This document shows, in pieces, positions 23,416 through 30,197 of a stretch of 51,148 nucleotides of DNA. Origin of the DNA: Candidatus Nomurabacteria bacterium RIFCSPLOWO2_01_FULL_42_20. Lineage in GTDB: Bacteria > Patescibacteriota > Minisyncoccia > Phycocordibacterales > CAZVEC01. Below the pieces are notes generated by a model. That model saw only the letters and a list, made by a program, of their open reading frames with translations. It had not been told where the DNA came from and did no database searches. How positions within the stretch are numbered: the stretch's first letter is position 1; each line of letters starts with the position of its first letter. The position numbers and the translations under genes were made by a program. The stretch covers positions 1 to 51,148 of the forward strand of contig MFVF01000030.1 in assembly GCA_001785965.1 (NCBI GenBank), in the 5' to 3' direction.

Positions 23416-25095
23416 ATGGAAAATAAATCGGAAAACAGAATATGTCAGAATTGTAAGACTTCTTTCGTAATTGAGATAGATGATTTTTCATTTTATGAAA
23501 AAATGAATGTGCCGGCACCCGTTTTATGTCCCAATTGCCGTTTCAAACGCCGGGCGATTTGGCGCAATGAAACCACTCTTTACACCGGCCGCAAATGCGC
23601 CAAATGCGGCAAATCAATTGTTTCGATGTATAATCCAAAATCACCTTACACGGTTTATTGTCACGAGTGCTATAATTCCGATTCCTGGGACCCGAGAGAC
23701 TACGCAATGGATTACAACGAATCAAAACCGTTCTTTGAACAATTTGGCGAATTGATTAAAAAAGTTCCTAAGATGACTACTTACATCACCACTGGATTGG
23801 GCCCAAATGTTAATAGTGACTATACTAATACCGCCGGCGGCAATAAGAATTGCTATATGGTTTTTAATAGTGGTTTAAATGAAAATGTTCTGTATTCTCG
23901 CGGCGTTACTTCTTGCAGAGACTCTCTTGATATGTATTTTACAACTGAAATAGAACTCGGCTATGAATTAGTAAATACGCACAAAGCAAGCAAAATAATT
24001 TGGAGCAAGAACAACCCCGCTTGTCTGGACTGCGCTTTTCTTTTAAATTGCAGTGGGTGCACTAATTGCTTCGGCTGTGTAAACTTGCGCAATAAATCTT
24101 ATCATTTCTTCAACCAACCATTGAGTAAAGAGGAATATCAAGACAAGGTTAACAAAATCATGGGAAGCTATAGAGAGATGGAAAAATTCCGGAAAGAATT
24201 TGAGGATTTTTCTCTTCAATTTCCGCGTCGGGAAAATAATAATCTTAAAACCGTCAATTGCGTCGGAGATTATATCACCGAAGGCAAGAATCTTTTTAAC
24301 TGTTTTGAGGTGGCGGAAGCCGAAGATTGCAAAAATATGTTTTCCGCCAAAAAAATAAAAGATTCTTATGATGTTATTGGTCACGGTTATTACAGCGAAC
24401 TTCTTTTAGAGTGTAATGGGACAGGTATTTCAAGTCGGGTTATTGGTTCGTCTAATGTTGAAAATGGTAATAATTTAGAATATTGTTATTTTTTGATGCC
24501 TAACAACAAGTATTGTTTTGGTTGTAATTCTCTGCGAAATGCCGAATATTGTATTTTAAACAAGCAATACACTAAAGAATCCTTCGACAAGCTCAGGACG
24601 AAAATTATTTCGGAATTAAAAGAAAAAAATTTATATGGTCTTTTTATGCCGCCGGAATTATCGCCTTTTGCCTATAACGAAACGGTTGCCCAAGACAACA
24701 TGCCTCTCTCCAAAGAAGAAGCTTTAAAACAAGGCTGGCGCTGGGAAGACAACTTGCAAAAAACCGAAGGCAAAGAAACTCTTAAACCGGAGCAAATTCC
24801 TGATCATATTAAGGATGTGCAAGACGGCATTACCAAAGAGATTTTGGTCTGCATTTCCTGCAACAGGAATTACAAAATTGTGCCGGATGAACTTTTGTTT
24901 TACCGTAAAATGAATTTGCCTTTGCCCCGCAAGTGCTTCAGTTGCCGCCATACCGACCGAATTCGCCGCCGCGGGCCGATGAAATTCTGGACTCGCCATT
25001 GTGCTAAATGCAATAAAATTATTACAACAACTTTTGCTCCCGACCGCCCCGAAATAGTATACTGTGAGAAATGCTATCAGTCAGAAGTTGTTTAA
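23416..25095 (+). CDS. Cys-rich zinc-ribbon repeat protein, paralog 2
   Basis: AGGAG SD upstream. Same architecture as paralog 1: CQNC...CPNCRFKRR, CAKC...VYCHECY, NCFGCVNLRNKSYHFFNQP, CFGCNSLRNAEYCILNKQY, CISC...CFSCRH, CAKC...VYCEKCYQSEVV. Confidence 0.8.
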   Translation: MENKSENRICQNCKTSFVIEIDDFSFYEKMNVPAPVLCPNCRFKRRAIWRNETTLYTGRKCAKCGKSIVSMYNPKSPYTVYCHECYNSDSWDPRDYAMDYNESKPFFEQFGELIKKVPKMTTYITTGLGPNVNSDYTNTAGGNKNCYMVFNSGLNENVLYSRGVTSCRDSLDMYFTTEIELGYELVNTHKASKIIWSKNNPACLDCAFLLNCSGCTNCFGCVNLRNKSYHFFNQPLSKEEYQDKVNKIMGSYREMEKFRKEFEDFSLQFPRRENNNLKTVNCVGDYITEGKNLFNCFEVAEAEDCKNMFSAKKIKDSYDVIGHGYYSELLLECNGTGISSRVIGSSNVENGNNLEYCYFLMPNNKYCFGCNSLRNAEYCILNKQYTKESFDKLRTKIISELKEKNLYGLFMPPELSPFAYNETVAQDNMPLSKEEALKQGWRWEDNLQKTEGKETLKPEQIPDHIKDVQDGITKEILVCISCNRNYKIVPDELLFYRKMNLPLPRKCFSCRHTDRIRRRGPMKFWTRHCAKCNKIITTTFAPDRPEIVYCEKCYQSEVV

Positions 25096-25100
25096 TATAG

Positions 25101-25130
25101 CATTCTAACATTCTATAGAATGTTAGAATG
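25101..25130. repeat. Perfect 30-bp palindrome, identical to the core at 21415-21444
   Basis: CATTCTAACATTCTA|TAGAATGTTAGAATG, beginning 6 nt after the paralog 2 stop. Confidence 0.9.
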
Positions 25131-25157
25131 TTATTCAAGCGGAGGTTGTATAATCCA

Positions 25158-25298
25158 ATGAAATTTGATATAGTTAGGCCAATGAAAATTTTGCCCATAT
25201 TTATATTGATTATTTTCGTTTCTATAGCTGTTTTCGGCTTTTTGGCCATGGGCCACCATGATGGCAATTGCACTTTTGATTGCCTGGCTCAATCTTAA
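25158..25298 (+). CDS. Possible 46-aa membrane peptide with His/Cys tail
   Basis: GGAGG lies 12 nt upstream. Encodes MKFDIVRPMKILPIFILIIFVSIAVFGFLAMGHHDGNCTFDCLAQS. Below the 60-aa size of the ORFs listed in the supplied track. Confidence 0.3.
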   Translation: MKFDIVRPMKILPIFILIIFVSIAVFGFLAMGHHDGNCTFDCLAQS

Positions 25299-25494
25299 TA
25301 TGCTCTTCATCCGGAAATCTACACGGCTAAAATAGCAGAAGTTCCTTCATTTTTGGAACCTCAAACCTCTAAAGGCTTTTCTGTTTTTGTCCCTGATCAT
25401 ATCGTCGTGCCCATATAAATTTCTCCTAATAAGTCTTGCTCAAGTCGATGAGTAAGGGTTTTTTATTGTTTATTAAATTAGATTTTAGAAAATT

Positions 25495-26007
25495 ATGAAA
25501 AATAAAAACACAATCATTACAGTTATCGCACTGATAATAATTTTCGGCGGGCTTGTTTATTTCGCCAAGCCGAGCCAGAAACCAAGCGAAAAAGCAAACG
25601 CCGTTTCAGATGAACCTTCTTCTGCGGCGGCTCTTACTGCCGCTGAAACATTCTATAATTTCGGAGAAGTTTCCATGGCGAACGGCAATGTGAATCATGA
25701 ATTCAAGGTTAAAAATAATGCGGCCGGCCCGATTAACGTTGCTAAAATTTACACGTCCTGCATGTGCACAACCGCTTCAATTACAGTAGGAGAGAAAACG
25801 AAAGGACCTTTTGGCATGCCCGGGCACGGCTTGGTGCCAAAAGCCAATATGGAAATTCCGGCTGGAGCGGAAGCTGTAATCACAGCTATATTTGACCCGA
25901 ACGCCCACGGTCCGGCAGGCGTAGGCCGGATTGAAAGGGAAATATATCTTGAAGACGACGCTGGCGCTCAAACAATACTCAAGTTTGAGGCGACGGTCAC
26001 CCCGTAG
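25495..26007 (+). CDS. DUF1573-like membrane-anchored protein
   Basis: N-terminal TM segment; YNFGEVSMANGNVNHEFKVKNNAAGPINVAKIYTSCMCTT matches the DUF1573 pattern. Confidence 0.6.
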   Translation: MKNKNTIITVIALIIIFGGLVYFAKPSQKPSEKANAVSDEPSSAAALTAAETFYNFGEVSMANGNVNHEFKVKNNAAGPINVAKIYTSCMCTTASITVGEKTKGPFGMPGHGLVPKANMEIPAGAEAVITAIFDPNAHGPAGVGRIEREIYLEDDAGAQTILKFEATVTP

Positions 26008-26011
26008 TAAG

Positions 26012-26046
26012 ACGCGGACTTTCGCTGACTAAACGCGGACTTTCGC
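26012..26046 (+). promoter_or_regulatory. Direct repeat ACGCGGACTTTCGC x2, 21 nt apart, upstream of the ccdA-like gene
   Basis: Copies at 26012-26025 and 26033-26046 are identical, between the stop at 26007 and the start at 26057. Confidence 0.4.
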
Positions 26047-26056
26047 AGAAAAAAAT

Positions 26057-26911
26057 ATGGAAAATATGGAAAATGAAAATAAAAATAATTGTTGCCAAAA
26101 CGGAGAACAAAAAGAAAATAATGTGAAAAAATCAAATAAAATATGGTGGCTTATTATTGCCGGCTTGATTGTCGTCGGACTCGCGATTCTTCTTAAATAT
26201 TCCACGGGTTCGTCGCAGGTGATCTGGGATATAAGCGATGGGGGAAAGTGGCTTCTGCCGCTTGTCGGAATTACGGCTTTAGTTGACAGCATCAATCCCT
26301 GCGCCTTCTCAATTTTGCTTTTAACCATCGCCTTTCTCCTGTCGATAGGACGAATGAGATCAAGTATTCTGAAAATCGGAGGAATATATATCTTCGGAGT
26401 TTTCACCGCCTATATTCTGATCGGCCTCGGCATTCTGGGAGCGCTTCACATATTCAACACTCCGCATTTCATGGGCAAATTGGGCGCCGGACTTTTAATT
26501 GCTCTCGGCATTATAAGCTTGATCCAAGAAATATTTCCCAATTCTCCGATCAAGCTTAAAATTCCAAAATGGAGCCACGGCTTGCTCGCGCGCGTAATGG
26601 AAAAAGCTTCTATTCCAGCCGCTTTTGTTCTCGGCATTTTAGTCGGCCTCTGCGAATTTCCTTGCACTGGCGGACCGTACTTGATGATTCTCGGACTTCT
26701 TCACGACAATGTCACCTATATTAAAGGCGTCGGCTATTTGTTCATCTACAATCTTATCTTCATCTTGCCGCTCGTCATCATTCTGGCGATTGCCAGCCGA
26801 AAGTACTTGCTTGATAAAGTTGAAGCGTGGCAGAATAAAGAAAAAAGATTGATGCGTCTTGGCGGCGGAATCGCCATGATTATTCTTGGCATAATTATCT
26901 TCTTGTTATAA
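26057..26911 (+). CDS. ccdA: CcdA/DsbD-type thiol:disulfide electron-transfer membrane protein
   Basis: Polytopic protein; SINPCAFSILL and LCEFPCTGGPYL are cysteine-bearing TM motifs. Confidence 0.65.
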   Translation: MENMENENKNNCCQNGEQKENNVKKSNKIWWLIIAGLIVVGLAILLKYSTGSSQVIWDISDGGKWLLPLVGITALVDSINPCAFSILLLTIAFLLSIGRMRSSILKIGGIYIFGVFTAYILIGLGILGALHIFNTPHFMGKLGAGLLIALGIISLIQEIFPNSPIKLKIPKWSHGLLARVMEKASIPAAFVLGILVGLCEFPCTGGPYLMILGLLHDNVTYIKGVGYLFIYNLIFILPLVIILAIASRKYLLDKVEAWQNKEKRLMRLGGGIAMIILGIIIFLL

Positions 26912-26948
26912 AATAATATTACTATCAGTAGTTAAAATATATAATTAC

Positions 26949-27449
26949 ATGAAAAAAATAATTATCTGGATCTTGGTTGCTATTATCATTGTGGGAGGAT
27001 TTTATTGGCTTTCAAAGATTTCAAAGAAAGAGGAAGGCGTTCGGCCGGGGGAAGCTATTTCAGTTCAGGGCGCTAAACACATTTCCGTTGGAGACTCTCA
27101 TCCGGAATATAATTCCAATCCGCCGACGTCCGGCTGGCATTATGCAGGTCCGGCTGATTGGGGTTTTTATGACGAGGAACTTCCGGACGAACAACTCGTG
27201 CATAGTTTAGAGCACGGCGGTATTTGGATCTCTTATAAAGATATTGATGAAGAAACAAAAGGAAAATTGAAAGAATTGGGCGGTCGTTACCCAAAAAGCG
27301 TTATCACAACGCCGCGGGCGAAAAACGACGCCAAAATTGTCCTGGCGTCATGGGGCCGTTTGCAGAAATTTGATCAATATGACGAGGAAGCCATAAAGAG
27401 CTATATCAAAGCCAATCTAAACAAATCTCCGGAACCGTTGGCCATGTAA
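26949..27449 (+). CDS. DUF3105 domain protein, membrane anchored
   Basis: YNSNPPTSGWHY...LVHSLEHGGIWISY. Confidence 0.65.
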   Translation: MKKIIIWILVAIIIVGGFYWLSKISKKEEGVRPGEAISVQGAKHISVGDSHPEYNSNPPTSGWHYAGPADWGFYDEELPDEQLVHSLEHGGIWISYKDIDEETKGKLKELGGRYPKSVITTPRAKNDAKIVLASWGRLQKFDQYDEEAIKSYIKANLNKSPEPLAM

Positions 27450-27459
27450 TCTTACGATT

Positions 27460-27906
27460 ATGATTATTGCCATTGCTTCAATCTTAATAATTACCTTCGC
27501 GGTTTGGTTGGTGAACAAGCTGTTGTCGTTTAAGATTTGCCCGATATGCGCCGGAGTTTTTCTGACTTGGATTTGGTTATTAATTGGCATGAAACTGAAT
27601 TTACTACTAACTACTAACTACCAACTACTAACTGCCATACTCATGGGAGGAACAGTGGTTGGATCAACATTTAAGCTGGAGCAATTCATCAAGCCAAAAT
27701 TTATCTTGATTTGGAAAACGATATTTGTGATCTTGGGATTTTTGGCCGTTTATGGTTTACTTTCTTCGGCCTGGATTGTATTTATTATTGCTTTAGTTTT
27801 GGCCGTTTTGACCACGCTTGTATTCAAGATCAAAAAGGGCAGCGAGAAAAAACCGGAATCAGAACAAACAAGAATACTTGAAGAAAAGATGAAAAATTGT
27901 TGCTAA
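27460..27906 (+). CDS. CxxC-containing polytopic membrane protein, hypothetical
   Basis: 148-aa ORF with CPICAG at the start of TM2 and four hydrophobic segments. Contains a heptanucleotide tandem repeat. Confidence 0.55.
   Translation: MIIAIASILIITFAVWLVNKLLSFKICPICAGVFLTWIWLLIGMKLNLLLTTNYQLLTAILMGGTVVGSTFKLEQFIKPKFILIWKTIFVILGFLAVYGLLSSAWIVFIIALVLAVLTTLVFKIKKGSEKKPESEQTRILEEKMKNCC
27604..27631 (+). repeat. Tandem heptamer (CTACTAA)x4, third unit CTACCAA, inside a CDS
   Basis: Units at 27604-10, 27611-17, 27618-24 and 27625-31, read directly from the sequence. Confidence 0.9.
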
Positions 27907-27978
27907 ATCCCGAGTAAAATCGAGGGGCTGTTAATTTTGAAAATGATATATGAAGACGTATAATAAAGAGTACTTTGA

Positions 27979-28040
27979 TTCGACGTCGACTCGGACATTG
28001 TGAATGTGATTACACATTCACATGCTCCTCGCTCGTCGAA
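27979..28040 (+). promoter_or_regulatory. 62-nt hairpin with GTGATTACAC apex, second member of the family
   Basis: TTCGACG (27979-27985) pairs with CGTCGAA (28034-28040). Perfect inner stem TGTGAATGTG (27999-28008) with CACATTCACA (28013-28022). Lies 33 nt upstream of the ATG at 28073. Confidence 0.5.
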
Positions 28041-28072
28041 ATAAAAACATTATCAATTAATTATCTAACACT

Positions 28073-28459
28073 ATGACCATGAATAATAAACTTATAGAGT
28101 GGATTCTCCGAATTGCCGTCGCCGGCGAATTTGTCGGCCACGGCGTCTTCGCTCTCTCGGGCAAGGCGCAGTGGGTCGGCTGGTTTGCCAATTTCGGCAT
28201 TACCGACGCTATTTTAGCGACAAAACTTTTGTTTTTTGTCGGCTTGCTTGATTTGCTGGTGGCCCTTATTGTTTTACTCCGGCCGATTCGGTTAGTGCTT
28301 CTTTGGGCGGTTCTCTGGGGTTTTTGGACGGCGCTTATTCGCCCGATTGTCGGCGAACCAATTTGGGATTTTGTAGAACGCTGGGCAAACTGGGGCGCGC
28401 CCCTGGCCCTTCTTATCCTTCTTGGCTGGCCGAAAAATTGGCGAGAGTGGTTTAAATAA
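28073..28459 (+). CDS. Polytopic membrane protein, hypothetical
   Basis: 128-aa ORF with four hydrophobic helices and Trp-rich loops. Confidence 0.55.
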   Translation: MTMNNKLIEWILRIAVAGEFVGHGVFALSGKAQWVGWFANFGITDAILATKLLFFVGLLDLLVALIVLLRPIRLVLLWAVLWGFWTALIRPIVGEPIWDFVERWANWGAPLALLILLGWPKNWREWFK

Positions 28460-28509
28460 AAATGTTTGATTCGAATTGAAAATTAAAAGGCTGATATTAT
28501 TAAAAAAAT

Positions 28510-29496
28510 ATGGAAACAAAAAATAAAAATTTAATACCGCAAATTCTTATCATCGCCGTTTTTGTGGTTGGTTTAGTTTTAATTTACCGAGTTGCTCCCC
28601 CGCTTCGCCAAGGCTTCGCAGGGCAAGCGCCGCTTAGCCCTATTACGACAGAGGCCGTGGAGAATTCAAGTCTTGATGGCTCGACTATACTCACCATCAA
28701 TCCTGAGCAAGGTCGAAGGATTGAAGAAAAAGTATTTCCGGAAGAAATTGTTTTGCCTGTTCGCTGGGGCGACTTGGGTTATCAGATGGCTCAAGCGGGA
28801 GTAATCGATAAACAGAAATTTGAAGAACTTTATGAGAGTCGGGGCGGACTTTCAGTGGAAGAGAAGAAATTGCTCGAAGGCCTGTCTAACGGCAACTTGG
28901 TCATAACTCAAGAAAACTCCGGATATGTCTTGAATCTGCTCTGGGCCTTCGGCTTGGGCAATAAAAATCCCGTTTTAGAAGAAGGGCCAATGGTGACATA
29001 CGATGGAGGGGAAGCGGGCTTGTCCGCCGAAGCCTTGGCGAAGGCGGGGCGCTTTGCTTCTACAGGCGGATGGACCCTAGCGAAGGGCGGCGCCATGGAC
29101 CACTATTCAAAACATTCATTCGTTGTCCTGACGACGCAGCAGCAGGCCAAAGTGGAGCACATGGCCAAAAATATTTACCGCCCCTGCTGCGGCAACTCGA
29201 CATATTTCCCGGACTGCAATCATGGCATGGCCATGCTCGGCCTTCTGGAACTTTTGGCCGCAAACGGCGTCTCGGAAGGGGAGATGTATAAAATCGCCCT
29301 TCAGGTCAATTCTTACTGGTTCCCACAAACTTATCTGACGCTCGCTAAATATTTTGAAATGAAAGGCGTCTCTTGGGACAAAGTTGATGCCAAAGAAGTC
29401 TTGGGTTTTGATTTTTCCAGCGCCTCCGGCTATCAGAAAATATTGACAGAAATAACTCCGGCCAATGTCTCCGGAGGCGGCAGCTGCGGCGCTTAA
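28510..29496 (+). CDS. Membrane-anchored extracytoplasmic protein with a Cys cluster, hypothetical
   Basis: N-terminal TM segment, RPCCGNSTYFPDCNHGMAMLG, and a C-terminal GGGSCGA. Confidence 0.6.
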   Translation: METKNKNLIPQILIIAVFVVGLVLIYRVAPPLRQGFAGQAPLSPITTEAVENSSLDGSTILTINPEQGRRIEEKVFPEEIVLPVRWGDLGYQMAQAGVIDKQKFEELYESRGGLSVEEKKLLEGLSNGNLVITQENSGYVLNLLWAFGLGNKNPVLEEGPMVTYDGGEAGLSAEALAKAGRFASTGGWTLAKGGAMDHYSKHSFVVLTTQQQAKVEHMAKNIYRPCCGNSTYFPDCNHGMAMLGLLELLAANGVSEGEMYKIALQVNSYWFPQTYLTLAKYFEMKGVSWDKVDAKEVLGFDFSSASGYQKILTEITPANVSGGGSCGA

Positions 29497-29561
29497 AGAT
29501 TGCCGTGAATCTAGAAATTTTACATTTCGTAATTCGCGATAAATATGCTAAAATATGAGAC

Positions 29562-30137
29562 ATGAGACAAGTATTTGCTCTGCGAACGCATGAAGAAATC
29601 AAAGAAGTCCTTCTTGACGAGACTGCCGGCGGCCCGGACATTCATTATTATATGATCCGCGGCGGCAGGGAAAAAGGTAATGTCACAGTCTTGGAAAGCG
29701 GTTTGGCTGGCGGGGAATATATAAAAACATACGGGCATTATCATGTCGGTAAAATAGATGAAACATATAAAATCCTTTCCGGCGAAGGGATAATCATCAT
29801 GCAGACAAGGCATCTTGGTAAGAACGGGAAACCCATCGACGATGAAATAGAAACATTCAAAGCCGTAAATGTTAAAACCGGCGACTCGGTCGCCATACCG
29901 GCCGAGGCGGGACATTTGCTTATCAATACGGGGAAAAAGTGGCTGATTACCTTAGACGATAGTCCGGTTAATTTTGATGAGAAAAAGGCCGCCAGCTTTC
30001 CGGGCCACGCCGACTATGAGCCGTTTAAAAAGCTCCGCGGAGCCGCCTATTACATTGTCGAAAAAAACGGCAAGCCCTATTTTATAAAAAATCCGCGGTA
30101 TAAGAGCGCGCCGCCGGCAGAAGAACTTTATGCCTAA
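29562..30137 (+). CDS. Cupin-type glucose-6-phosphate isomerase family protein
   Basis: KTYGHYHVGKIDETYKIL and IPAEAGHLLINTG fit the cupin PGI metal-site pattern (T-x-G-H-x-H ... E-x-Y ... H). Confidence 0.6.
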   Translation: MRQVFALRTHEEIKEVLLDETAGGPDIHYYMIRGGREKGNVTVLESGLAGGEYIKTYGHYHVGKIDETYKILSGEGIIIMQTRHLGKNGKPIDDEIETFKAVNVKTGDSVAIPAEAGHLLINTGKKWLITLDDSPVNFDEKKAASFPGHADYEPFKKLRGAAYYIVEKNGKPYFIKNPRYKSAPPAEELYA

Positions 30138-30197
30138 AAAAAATGTTTTTCTCAAAAAATATTTTAGAGATTTATAAATTATGTTATTGTAAAAGAA

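Noticed and set aside
25022-25273. 83-aa minus-strand ORF overlapping the end of paralog 2 and the 30-bp palindrome
   Set aside because: It overlaps a confident CDS and a repeat, and no motifs are visible.
27604-27631. Whether any tandem or spaced repeats constitute a CRISPR array
   Set aside because: The repeats seen are 7-nt tandem units, isolated palindromes or two-copy direct repeats. No regularly spaced 25-40-nt repeats with unique spacers, and no cas genes, are present.
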